From Candidatus Omnitrophota bacterium (GTDB taxonomy: Bacteria > Omnitrophota > Omnitrophia > Omnitrophales > Aquincolibacteriaceae), in NCBI GenBank assembly GCA_023247035.1, contig JAHFHG010000001.1, positions 2,021-66,020 of the forward strand: a stretch of 64,000 nucleotides of DNA, given 5' to 3'. Of the stretch, positions 8,613-17,846 are shown one piece after another. The translations under genes and the position numbers were made by a program. The notes beneath the pieces are model-generated. The model made no database searches and was not told the origin of the DNA. It saw only the letters and a program-made list of their open reading frames with translations. Every line of letters starts with the position of its first letter. Positions within the stretch are counted from its first letter, which is position 1.

Positions 8613-10340
8613 ATGAAAACCCCGATGACGAAAGAGAAAATGGTGCAGGTCCTTGAGGAAATAGCGTTTCTTCTGGAGATAAAGGGCGAGAATTTTTTCA
8701 AGGTTCGGGCGTTTCAGAATGCAGCCCGTATTCTTGAAGGGCATCCGAGCGACGCGGGGACTCTGATTGAGACGGGCGAGCTTGAGAAGCTGAAAGGAAT
8801 CGGGAAGGGAACGATTGCAGAGATTGTCCACGATCTTTATGAGAAAGGGAAATCAAAGGGCTACGAAGAACTTCGCAAGGGATTTCCCGCAAGCCTGTTT
8901 GAACTTTTCAAAATACCCGGCTTCGGCGCCAAACGCATCAAGGCCGTTTACGAAAAGCTGGCCGTTCAATCCGTCGAAGGACTTGAATCCGCCGCTCAAA
9001 ACGGCCGCCTCGCCAAACTGGAAGGATTCGGAGAAAAATTGCAGGATAGGATTCTGGCGAATATCCGGCAGATGAAAAAATCCGAAGGGCGTTTTTTGAT
9101 CGACGTCGCCACAAACCAGGCGGGAAAATTACTTGCCTACCTCAAAAAACAAAAGGGGATCGAACGGATCGAAATTGCCGGAAGCCTCAGGCGCTGCAAA
9201 GAAATCGTCAAAGATATTGATATCCTTGTCAGCGCGAAAAATCCGCAGGCTATTCACGAGGCGTTTATCCAATATCCCGAAACGGCTTCGGTCATTGCGC
9301 ACGGCGAGACGAAATCCAGCATCGCGCTCAAGTCCGGAATGAATTGCGATTTAAGAACCGTGTCCCTTCGAGAGTTTCCCTGCGCCCTTTATTATTTCAC
9401 CGGAAGCAAAGAACACAACGTCGCCGTTCGGACAATTGCCAAAAAGAAAGGAATCAAAATCAACGAATACGGCCTGTTTAAAGGCAAGCGCCTGATCCCT
9501 TGCGCCAGCGAGGCGGAAATTTTTGAGCGCGTCGGGCTTCATTATATTCCTCCCGAGGTGCGGGAGAATACGGGCGAGATCGAATGGGCCGCCGAAAATA
9601 ATTTTCCCGATCTTATCGAAGAAAAAAATATCCGCGGAGTGTTTCACGTTCACTCCACTTACAGCGACGGCGTCGCCAGCCTTGAGGAAATGATCCGAAG
9701 CGCCCAAGAAAAAGGCTACGAATACGTGGGGATTTCCGATCACAGCCAGTCCGCGAAATATGCAGGAGGGCTCGAAGAGAAAAGGCTTTACCGGCAGTGG
9801 AAAGAAATCGACCAGCTTCAGAAACGTTTCAAGATCCGGATTTTTAAAGGGATTGAATCCGACATTCTGCGGGACGGGAGCCTCGACTATCCGGAGCCTA
9901 TCCTTTCTCAATTTGATTTTGTGATCGGCTCCGTGCACAGCCGCTTCAATCTTCCTGAAGCCGAGATGACGGAACGCCTGTGCCGCGCAATGGAAAATAA
10001 ATACACGACATTTTTGGGTCATCTCACGGGACGGCTGCTTTTGAGCCGCGAGGGTTACGCTCTCAATATGGAGCGCGTGATTCAAGCCGCAAAACAAACA
10101 GGCGCGGCCATTGAGCTGAACGCCCAGCCGCAGCGTCTTGAACTCGACTGGCGGTTTTGTCAAACCGCCAAGCGCGAAGGTGTCGGTATCAGCATTCACC
10201 CTGACGCGCACGCCGTGAGCCATATGAATTACGTGACGTACGGAATAGGAATTGCGCGCAAAGGCTGGCTTGAGAAAGAAAATGTGACGAATACCATGAA
10301 TCTCAATGCGATGGAAAAATTTTTGAAGAAGAGGAAGTAG
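8613..10340 (+). CDS. DNA polymerase X family protein with C-terminal PHP phosphoesterase domain (PolX)
   Basis: N-terminal HhH motifs (LKGIGKGTIAEI, IPGFGAKRIKAV). Pol-beta-like nucleotidyltransferase core (GSLRRCKEIVKDIDILV). PHP motifs (FHVHSTYSDG, ISDHS). Confidence 0.85.
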   Translation: MKTPMTKEKMVQVLEEIAFLLEIKGENFFKVRAFQNAARILEGHPSDAGTLIETGELEKLKGIGKGTIAEIVHDLYEKGKSKGYEELRKGFPASLFELFKIPGFGAKRIKAVYEKLAVQSVEGLESAAQNGRLAKLEGFGEKLQDRILANIRQMKKSEGRFLIDVATNQAGKLLAYLKKQKGIERIEIAGSLRRCKEIVKDIDILVSAKNPQAIHEAFIQYPETASVIAHGETKSSIALKSGMNCDLRTVSLREFPCALYYFTGSKEHNVAVRTIAKKKGIKINEYGLFKGKRLIPCASEAEIFERVGLHYIPPEVRENTGEIEWAAENNFPDLIEEKNIRGVFHVHSTYSDGVASLEEMIRSAQEKGYEYVGISDHSQSAKYAGGLEEKRLYRQWKEIDQLQKRFKIRIFKGIESDILRDGSLDYPEPILSQFDFVIGSVHSRFNLPEAEMTERLCRAMENKYTTFLGHLTGRLLLSREGYALNMERVIQAAKQTGAAIELNAQPQRLELDWRFCQTAKREGVGISIHPDAHAVSHMNYVTYGIGIARKGWLEKENVTNTMNLNAMEKFLKKRK

Positions 10341-10358
10341 GGGCAGGTCAGGTTTGCT

Positions 10359-10406
10359 TTGTCATTTGTGGATTCCGGCTCGGCCTTTGGCCGTCCGGAA
10401 TGACAA
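10359..10406. repeat. Palindromic element related to the 4641-4712 repeat
   Basis: TTGTCATT pairs with AATGACAA, and GGATTCCGG with CCGGAAT. The element sits between polX and nth, and the nominal nth ORF extension reads through it. Confidence 0.4.
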
Positions 10407-10431
10407 GCAGGATACAAATATCATTAACGTG

Positions 10432-11151
10432 ATGAAAGAGACCTTAAAAGCAAAACGAAGCCGCGTACGGAAAATTATCCAGACCTTGCGCAAAGTCTAC
10501 CCAAATCCCAAATGCGCGCTTCATTTTTCCAATCCATTTGAACTTCTGGTGGCGACCGTTCTTTCGGCGCAGTGCACGGATAAGCGCGTGAATATCGTCA
10601 CGCCCGCGCTTTTTCAAAAATTCCGGAGCGTTCAGGATTTTTCAAAAGCCAAACTCGAGAGCGTTGAAGAGATAATACGCTCCACTGGATTTTACAAAAA
10701 CAAAGCAAAGAACATCGTTGGAGCGGCATTAGAAATTGTAAAACGTTTTGGCGGCAAGGTGCCGCACCGGCTCGAAGATATGATCTCGCTGCCCGGCGTT
10801 GGACGCAAGACGGCGAATGTGATCTTGGGGAATGTCTTCGGTATTCCCGGCCTTACCGTGGACACTCACATGATCCGGATCAACGGGCGCTTGGGACTGA
10901 CCGAGCGCACGGATCCTGTGAAAATCGAATTTGATTTAATGCCGCTCGTTCCGCAAAAAGAATGGACGGATTATTCTCATTGGATTATCCACCACGGCCG
11001 GACGCGCTGCCCCGCCCGGAAGCCGGATTGTCCCAACTGTGAAATCCTGCGCTATTGTCCGGCGGGGAAGAAGACGAATAGCATTGTAGGGACGGGGCTT
11101 GTCCCCGTCCGTGGGCGACCACGAGGGTCGCCCCTACGTAAGCAACAATGA
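10432..11151 (+). CDS. nth: Endonuclease III (Nth), DNA-(apurinic or apyrimidinic site) lyase
   Basis: HhH-GPD motifs (LPGVGRKTANVIL) and a 4Fe-4S cluster loop (CPARKPDCPNCEILRYC). Start chosen at in-frame ATG 10432 (MKETLKAK). The last roughly 25 codons are encoded by a double-hairpin repeat. Confidence 0.8.
   Translation: MKETLKAKRSRVRKIIQTLRKVYPNPKCALHFSNPFELLVATVLSAQCTDKRVNIVTPALFQKFRSVQDFSKAKLESVEEIIRSTGFYKNKAKNIVGAALEIVKRFGGKVPHRLEDMISLPGVGRKTANVILGNVFGIPGLTVDTHMIRINGRLGLTERTDPVKIEFDLMPLVPQKEWTDYSHWIIHHGRTRCPARKPDCPNCEILRYCPAGKKTNSIVGTGLVPVRGRPRGSPLRKQQ
11086..11137. repeat. Double-hairpin GC-rich palindromic element fused to the 3-prime end of nth
   Basis: GGGACGGGG/CCCCGTCC and GGGCGACC/GGTCGCCC stems are bracketed by GTAGG/CCTAC. 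The element ends 10 nt before the queG start. Confidence 0.35.
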
Positions 11152-12311
11152 CACAAATCGCAGAAGATAGGGCTTCCCAAATTAAGCGCCTCGCCCGTGA
11201 AATTGGCTTTGATGAGATCGGGATTACTCCGGTGGAAATCGAAGGCCCGGGGGAAAAATCAATCCGGGATTGGGTCAAAGAAGGCCGCCACGGAGCGATG
11301 AAATACCTTGAAGATTTTTCCTCCCGCCGGCAGAATTTTTTTTCGGATTTCCCGGACGCAAAAAGCGTGATCGTGCTGGGAGCCAACTACTACACTCAAG
11401 AGTCGCCGGAAAGGTTCTTCAACCCTTCTCTTAAATTACAAGGCCGTATTGCCCGCTACGCCTGGGGGAAAGATTATCACGAGGTCATTACCAAAAAACA
11501 TCAAATTTTTCTGGAACGTTTGAGGAAGCTCGTAGATTTTCCGCTCAAGGCAAAATCCTGTGTCGATATTCAGCCCGTTCCGGAAAGGTATACGGCCGTA
11601 CGCGCCGGCCTGGGTTTTATCGGAAAACATACCGGGCTTTTGAGCCAAAGGTTCGGGCCCTGGCTTTTCCTTTCTGAAATTGTTACGAATCTTGACCTGC
11701 CTGCGGATATTCCAAGCGAAGGAGATTGTGGAACCTGTTCGTATTGCCAGGGCGCGTGCCCGACCGGAGCGCTCGATCAGGATTATAAAATCGACGCGCG
11801 GCTTTGCATCGCCTATTTGACGATTGAATATAAAGGGATCATTCCGCGCGCGCTGCGTCCCAAAATAAAGGATTGGATTTTCGGCTGCGACGAATGCCTG
11901 GCGGTTTGCCCCTTCGGATCCAAAGCCAAGGAAAGCGGCTGGCAGGAATTGAAACCTGCGGCCGGTCACGGAGCGCGGCTTGATTTTGAGGAACTCTTTG
12001 ATCTCGCTTCCAACTCTTCTTACGAAAAACAATATCAAGGCACGGCGCTTCTGCGCGCGAGCCGCAAACAAATGCTCCGCAACGCCTGTATCGTGCTCGG
12101 CAATTCCGGAAGGGAAGAAGCGATTCCTTATCTTGCGCGGGCGCTTTCGTCAAAGTTTCCGCTCGTCCGGCTTCACGCGGCCTGGGCCCTGGGGCAATTG
12201 AGATTTCCGCGCTCCGCTCAAATTCTAAAACAGAGCCTGGAATCCGAATCCGATCCCGCCGTCCACGAAGAAATATTTTTTTCGTTGTCCCAGCTCGGCG
12301 CGGCGGATTAA
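11148..12311 (+). CDS. queG: Epoxyqueuosine reductase QueG
   Basis: Two 4Fe-4S ferredoxin motifs (CGTCSYCQGACP, CDECLAVCP). The C-terminal HEAT-like repeats are typical of QueG. Confidence 0.8.
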   Translation: MTQIAEDRASQIKRLAREIGFDEIGITPVEIEGPGEKSIRDWVKEGRHGAMKYLEDFSSRRQNFFSDFPDAKSVIVLGANYYTQESPERFFNPSLKLQGRIARYAWGKDYHEVITKKHQIFLERLRKLVDFPLKAKSCVDIQPVPERYTAVRAGLGFIGKHTGLLSQRFGPWLFLSEIVTNLDLPADIPSEGDCGTCSYCQGACPTGALDQDYKIDARLCIAYLTIEYKGIIPRALRPKIKDWIFGCDECLAVCPFGSKAKESGWQELKPAAGHGARLDFEELFDLASNSSYEKQYQGTALLRASRKQMLRNACIVLGNSGREEAIPYLARALSSKFPLVRLHAAWALGQLRFPRSAQILKQSLESESDPAVHEEIFFSLSQLGAAD

Positions 12312-12344
12312 AGGTTCAAAGAGGAAGGGAGGAAGGAAATTTTC

Positions 12345-13655
12345 CTAAATCTTGACCGCCAATACGGTCGTGTCGTCGTGCTGCTCCGCGCCTTGGGTGA
12401 AGACTTCCCAATCGTGCAGAATTTCAGAAGTGTAGTTCGATGCCCGAGGTAATTTTTTATTCACGGCCTTCGCTAACCGCTCAAGAGAATACTCAACGCC
12501 CGCCTTGTTCCTGGCTTCAATGACGCCGTCGGTGTAAGTAATAAAGACATCTTGCGGATTTATCGCAACGGTATTTTCCGAATAGGGACTTCCTTCCACA
12601 AGTCCGACCGGCGGCCCGCCTGTATTGGCCAGACTTTCCACTTTGCCGGAGGCTGCGCTCACTTTGAGAATAGGGTGGTGGCCGGCGGAAGTATACGTTA
12701 AGGTTTTTTTCTCCAAGTCCGCAATCATATAAAGTAAAGTGACAAACATTCCGCGCGGGCTGTCCTTGGCCAGGACATTATTTAGAGCGCTTAACAGGCT
12801 TGCGGGAGTTTGAAGGCGCGGGGCGAGGAAACGGTATTCGGAAATGGCGCGGACCATATACAGGGCTGCGGGGACGCCTTTGCCCGAAACGTCGCCGATC
12901 ACAATCCCGGTTTTTGAATTGTCCAAATTGACCACGTCGTAAAAATCTCCGCTGACCTGGCGCGCGGGAATATTTTTTGCCGCGATGTCAATTCCGAAGC
13001 GGTTCTTGTTCAGATCCGGCAGAAAGTTCTGCTGGATTTCCTGGGCAATTTTAAGCTCCTGGCGCGTCTTTTCCTGCTTGACCGTTTCCGCGTGAAGCCT
13101 TGCATTCTCAATGGCGAGGGCGGCTTGATCCGCAAAGATCTCGAAAAGTTTAAGGTCGCCGGATAAAAATTTCGCGCGGCCGATCGGGTTGATCGCCTCG
13201 AGGACTCCGATCAATTTTCCTTTTGCCCGCATCGGGACGCAGATCAAGGCCTTGGTGAGAAAGCCCGTCGCTTGATCGAAACGTTTTGCAAATCTCCGGT
13301 CTTTGCGCGCTTCATTGACGATAAGGGGTTTCCCGCTCAGGGCTACAGATCCGGCGATCCCTTCTCCCAATTTGACGCGGAATTTTTCCACCAGATCGTT
13401 TCCCTTGGAGCCTAAGGCGATTTTAAAGATCAGTTCCTGCCTTGTTTCATCAAGCAGCATAAGCGAAGCCACTTTGGCGCTCATCACTTTTGCCGCCGTA
13501 TTCATAATGACCGTAAGCAGCTCGCCGATTTCCAGGGTGGAATTAAGCCGGGCGTTGACGGCCAGGACTTTTTGAAGATGATGGACCGTTGTCTTTAGGG
13601 ATTCCCGGCTGTTTGTTCTCTTCGCTTTTCTTTTTTGCGTCGTGCGTTTGCTCAA
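12345..13655 (-). CDS. GAF domain-containing PP2C-family serine phosphatase (RsbU/SpoIIE-like)
   Basis: N-terminal GAF domain. C-terminal PP2C/SpoIIE motifs (SGDFYDV, GDVSGKGVPAALYM, TDGVIEARN). Confidence 0.8.
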   Translation of the reverse strand: MSKRTTQKRKAKRTNSRESLKTTVHHLQKVLAVNARLNSTLEIGELLTVIMNTAAKVMSAKVASLMLLDETRQELIFKIALGSKGNDLVEKFRVKLGEGIAGSVALSGKPLIVNEARKDRRFAKRFDQATGFLTKALICVPMRAKGKLIGVLEAINPIGRAKFLSGDLKLFEIFADQAALAIENARLHAETVKQEKTRQELKIAQEIQQNFLPDLNKNRFGIDIAAKNIPARQVSGDFYDVVNLDNSKTGIVIGDVSGKGVPAALYMVRAISEYRFLAPRLQTPASLLSALNNVLAKDSPRGMFVTLLYMIADLEKKTLTYTSAGHHPILKVSAASGKVESLANTGGPPVGLVEGSPYSENTVAINPQDVFITYTDGVIEARNKAGVEYSLERLAKAVNKKLPRASNYTSEILHDWEVFTQGAEQHDDTTVLAVKI

Positions 13656-13665
13656 TGGAGAACTC

Positions 13666-14379
13666 CTACCCGATCCACCGGCGGGATAAAAGCCCCACGG
13701 CCGCCGCGTACAGGAAACTCAAAATAAAATCCGGCGCATTTTTGAGACGCGCCGAGGCAAATCTCAAAACGCCTACGGACGGGGACAAAGCTAATAACGG
13801 CGCCGAAGAGGGAGCGGCAAAAAGGGCGGTAATCAAAATCCGTTCAAGCCCGCCGTGAAGGATTTCCAAGGTCGTGATCGAGTGGTCGGGCCGGCTGCTC
13901 TCCGGGAAATAACTTTTCCGAAAGTTGTGCAGGAGATAACTCCCGCCGAGCGTTGTCAGAAGAAAAACGATGGCAAGCCGGGTCCAGCGTTCCTTGAGAT
14001 AAAAGATATCAAGCGCCTGCATATCGGGGAAGCCGATCTTCAGCTTTGAAACGGGAAAAAACAGGATGCTCGCTAAAAATAAAATATGAATCATCTGGTC
14101 GGTCAAAAAAACCAAACATTGAGAACGCGGGTACTTTTCTTGGAGGGAATATTTAAAGCGGTCCTGGAAAAAGTGGATCAGCGAAATGGCTCCGGTGAAA
14201 ATCCAAATAAACGGTTTATCCAAATAAGGAAAGAGGAGAAGCAGGTAGGTCCCGAAATGGATCAGGATATGGGCGAAGTGCCCGAGCCGGCTGCGGAGTT
14301 TTAAACGGTAGAGTTCCTCAAATTGAAGGAAGAAATCCGCAATCAAATGGCCGAGAATGAGTTTGTAGAAAATAAACAT
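13666..14379 (-). CDS. Polytopic membrane protein, DUF3307-like
   Basis: 237 aa and very hydrophobic (LILGHLIADFFLQ...). It lies 10 nt downstream of the phosphatase gene on the same strand. Confidence 0.45.
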   Translation of the reverse strand: MFIFYKLILGHLIADFFLQFEELYRLKLRSRLGHFAHILIHFGTYLLLLFPYLDKPFIWIFTGAISLIHFFQDRFKYSLQEKYPRSQCLVFLTDQMIHILFLASILFFPVSKLKIGFPDMQALDIFYLKERWTRLAIVFLLTTLGGSYLLHNFRKSYFPESSRPDHSITTLEILHGGLERILITALFAAPSSAPLLALSPSVGVLRFASARLKNAPDFILSFLYAAAVGLLSRRWIG

Positions 14380-14517
14380 AGGCGACGGCTCTGAAATTTA
14401 AAGATATAGGATATAGGATTTCCCTTTATTAACGGTTAGAAATCAAAAAAAGATAAGAATTCCCGCCTCCCCCGAGTTGGCTTGAATTAAAGGGTAACCG
14501 AAGAAAGGGGTTGCATC

Positions 14518-14784
14518 GTGAATCCGCAGTCCAAAAAAGAGCGCCGCAAAACCTTAGGGTTACGTTATCAAAAAGCCTCTCGAAAAGAAAAATCTCAAAT
14601 CCTCGATGAGATTTGTACCAATCTTGGTTTTAACCGTAAATACGCCGTCCGTTGGCTTCGAAACTGGAAACTCCCAAGACGCCGGAAGCCTAAAAATAAA
14701 CCCGGCCCCAAACCCCAATACCAACATCCCAATTCCCTCAAGAAAATCTGCATTGCCACCAACCTCATCTGCTCCAAACCCTGA
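14518..14784 (+). pseudogene. Truncated transposase N-terminus (IS remnant)
   Basis: 88-aa basic ORF (GTG start) RRKTLGLRYQKASRKEKSQILDEICTNLGFNRKYAVRWLRN. This resembles the HTH N-terminus of DDE transposases (LxERYxKAxKKEKxxILDEF...YHRKYAIRLL). No catalytic domain follows. GGTTGCA motifs flank it at about 14497 and about 14818. Confidence 0.45.
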
Positions 14785-14857
14785 GCCGGAAGCGCGGAGG
14801 AAGTTGGTGGAGCAGGCAGGTTGCAATACGTCCCTACTTATAGGATAATCACAGCCT

Positions 14858-16345
14858 ATGACTCATAGTCCATTCGTTGAGGAAAAAAAGAAAAACAAAA
14901 CTTATAAAAATCTCTCTTCCTTTATTTCGGAGCTTCGCCGCTGCGGCGAGCTTCACGAAATCCGCGCGGCCGTGGATCCGGTTTTAGAGGTCGCCGAAAT
15001 TTATGACCGGGTTGTCAAGAACGAAGGCCCGGCGCTTCTCTTTCATAACATCAAAGGATCGCAGATTCCCTTAGGCATCAATCTGTTCGGATCCACGAAA
15101 CGAATGGCCTTGGCATTGGGCGTTTCATCGCCTGAAGAAGTCGCCCGCCGGATTGAGGAGCTGGTCGAGGCCAAGCCGCCGCAGGGAATTATGGATAAAA
15201 TCCAATGGATCCCCAAAATGGGCGCTTTGCTGAATGCCTTGTCCCCGAAAATAGTTGCGAGCGCTCCGTGTCAGGCAGTGGTGGTTCGCGCAGGCGAAGG
15301 CCCTTTACTGGATAAGCTTCCTATCCTCCAATGCTGGCCTGAAGACGGCGGCAAGTTTATTACTTTTCCTCTCGTCATTTCCCGGGATCCCGAAACCGGA
15401 AAGCGCAATGTGGGCCTTTACCGGATGCACGTTTATGACAATCAAACTACAGGAATGCATTGGCAGATTCATAAGGACGGGGCCGAACATTTCCGCAGGC
15501 TGGGAAAGCAAAAAAGGCTCGAAGTCGCGGCGGTCATCGGCGCAGATCCGGCGACTATGTTTTCGGCCGCCTGCCCGCTTCCCTCCGGAATGGATGAGTT
15601 GATGATGGCCGGTTTCTTGCGCCAGGAGCCCGTGGAATTAGTCAAATGCAGGACGATTGATCTTGAGGTGCCGGCCGAGGCCGAGATTGTTTTAGAAGGA
15701 TACGTCCAAGAAGGGGAGCTGAGAACCGAAGGCCCGTTCGGCGATCACACCGGTTTTTATTCCCGAGCCAAGGAGTTTCCCGTTTTTCATATCACCTGTA
15801 TGACGCACCGGAAAAATCCTGTCTACGCCACGACCGTCGTGGGCCGACCGCCAATGGAAGACTGTTATATGGGAAAGGCGATCGAAAGAATTTTCCTGCC
15901 GCTTATCCGCAAACAAGTCCCTGAGATCGCGGACATTCATCTTCCTTGGGAGGGATGTTTCCATAACTGTATGATCCTTTCAATCCGTAAGAGCTACCCG
16001 GAGCACGCCAAAAAGGTGATGAGCGCGATTTGGGGCTTGGGGCAAATGATGTTTTCCAAATGTATTATTGTTTTGGATCAGGACGCCAATATTCAGGATC
16101 TAAAGGAAGTGGCTTGGCGCACTTTCAATAATGTGGATCCTAAAAGGGACATCCTGTTTACGGAAGGGCCTGTTGACGAGCTGGATCATTCCGCGAGCCA
16201 CGATTTTTTCGGCTCCAAAATGGGAATCGACGCCACGCGGAAAAGCGCCGCAGAGGGCATGAAAAAGCCGTGGCCGGCAGATATCGTTATGAGCCCGGCA
16301 ATGAAGGATCTGGTGAGCAAGAGATGGAAAGAGTACGGCTTTTAA
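14858..16345 (+). CDS. UbiD-family decarboxylase (menaquinone/ubiquinone biosynthesis, MqnL-like)
   Basis: 495 aa with hallmark UbiD segments (VISRDPETGKRNVGLYRM, GPFGDHTGFY). Confidence 0.85.
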   Translation: MTHSPFVEEKKKNKTYKNLSSFISELRRCGELHEIRAAVDPVLEVAEIYDRVVKNEGPALLFHNIKGSQIPLGINLFGSTKRMALALGVSSPEEVARRIEELVEAKPPQGIMDKIQWIPKMGALLNALSPKIVASAPCQAVVVRAGEGPLLDKLPILQCWPEDGGKFITFPLVISRDPETGKRNVGLYRMHVYDNQTTGMHWQIHKDGAEHFRRLGKQKRLEVAAVIGADPATMFSAACPLPSGMDELMMAGFLRQEPVELVKCRTIDLEVPAEAEIVLEGYVQEGELRTEGPFGDHTGFYSRAKEFPVFHITCMTHRKNPVYATTVVGRPPMEDCYMGKAIERIFLPLIRKQVPEIADIHLPWEGCFHNCMILSIRKSYPEHAKKVMSAIWGLGQMMFSKCIIVLDQDANIQDLKEVAWRTFNNVDPKRDILFTEGPVDELDHSASHDFFGSKMGIDATRKSAAEGMKKPWPADIVMSPAMKDLVSKRWKEYGF

Positions 16346-17220
16346 CCGAGAGCCTCGGGCAAAAGACCCGCCTTTTTCTGGAGATGATCAAATTTGAGCA
16401 TTCCATTTTCGCCCTTCCTTTTGCTTACCTCGGCTTATTTTTAGCTCAAAAGGGCTGGCCGCGGTGGGATTTGTTTATCCGGGTCAGCGTGGCGATGATT
16501 TCGTTCCGGACAATGGCTATGGGATTCAACCGTTTGATCGACCTTCCCATTGACGGAGAAAATCCGCGCACGAAAAACCGGGCGCTTCCCGCCGGACATT
16601 TGAAACCTGCTTTTGTTTGGATCCTGACAGGGACGTCTTGGCTGGTTTTTGAGCTTAGCGCTTTTCGATTAGGTCAATTATGCTTTATGCTTTCTCCGGT
16701 TCCCGTCATTCTTGCCTGGATTTATCCTTGGACCAAAAGATTTACCTGGTTCTCCCATCTTGTTTTGGGTATCATACTCGGCATCGCCCCTTACGGCGGC
16801 TGGCTTGCAAGCCGGCCGGAGTTTTCCTGGGTGCCCGGGCTTCTGATGCTCGGCGTCGTGACTTGGGTTGCCGGATTCGACATCATTTACGCGCTGCAGG
16901 ATGAAAGTTTCGACCGCCAAAAAGGCCTTTATTCTTTTCCCGCCTGCTTCGGGCCTAAGGCTGCGCTCCGAGTGACAACCCTTTTTCACGTTATGACTTG
17001 GCTGGCTTGGTTTTCGGCAGGGATGCTTGCCGGCCTTGGGCATATCTATCAGCTTGGGATGGCGCTCGCGGGATTGTTTCTTATCCGGGAGCACTGGCTG
17101 ATCCGATCCTTCGGCATTCAGAAAGTCGAAGAGGCGTTTTTCACGATGAATGCCGTCGTCAGCGTTTCTGTTTTCTTAGCGGTTGTCGCAGATTTTTCTT
17201 TGGGGAAATTTTTCCAATGA
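16323..17220 (+). CDS. UbiA-family polyprenyltransferase (MqnP-like)
   Basis: FALPFAYLG...NRLIDLPIDGENPRTKNRALP is a UbiA Asp-rich motif. Start taken at internal ATG 16323 (MERVRLL), which overlaps the UbiD-like stop by 23 nt. Confidence 0.8.
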
Positions 17221-17846
17221 AACCTTACATTGTGGCCTTCACGGGAGCCAGCGGTATTCTTTACGGGACCCGGCTTGTCCAGGTCCTGGCCGAGATGGGG
17301 AATACGGTTGAGCTGATCATTTCCGAATCTGCGCGGCTCGTGATCCGCGAAGAAACGGGCTGTTTGCTCAAGAGCTTCACGGATAAGGAAGATTTGGAAA
17401 AGCTGCTGGGTGATTCTATCAAAAATGTCCGCGCTTATTCTCCCCGTGATTTTACCGCCCCGGTTGCGAGCGGCTCTTATCCGACTCAGGGAATGATTGT
17501 TGCGCCGTGCAGTATGGGGACGCTGGGCGCGGTGGCTTCGGGGATCAGCCAGAATCTGATTCACCGGGCCGCCGATTGTATCCTGAAGGAAGGGCGGAAA
17601 CTGGTTCTCGTCCCGCGCGAAACTCCCCTTCACGCGATCCACTTGGAAAATATGCTGAAGCTTTCCCGCCTCGGGGCTAGGATTGTCCCTGCGATGCCTG
17701 CTTTTTATTCCGGCGCAAAGACGATTCGGGATCTCGTCGATTTCATGGTGGGCAAGATACTGGATCAGATGGAGATTGCGCACGGGCTTTATCCGCGCTG
17801 GACGGGGCCTGCGGGAAGCGCTTCGGAGACCTTGAAAAGGTTATGA
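17217..17846 (+). CDS. ubiX: Flavin prenyltransferase UbiX
   Basis: MKPYIVAFTGASGILYGTRL... flavoprotein fold. ATGA start/stop overlap with the upstream gene. Confidence 0.85.
   Translation: MKPYIVAFTGASGILYGTRLVQVLAEMGNTVELIISESARLVIREETGCLLKSFTDKEDLEKLLGDSIKNVRAYSPRDFTAPVASGSYPTQGMIVAPCSMGTLGAVASGISQNLIHRAADCILKEGRKLVLVPRETPLHAIHLENMLKLSRLGARIVPAMPAFYSGAKTIRDLVDFMVGKILDQMEIAHGLYPRWTGPAGSASETLKRL

Noticed and set aside
16998-17216. Long N-terminal extension of the UbiX ORF overlapping the UbiA-like gene
   Set aside because: The UbiX family starts at MKPYIVAFTGASG. An ATGA junction with the upstream stop is the parsimonious coupling. The extension has no flavoprotein features.
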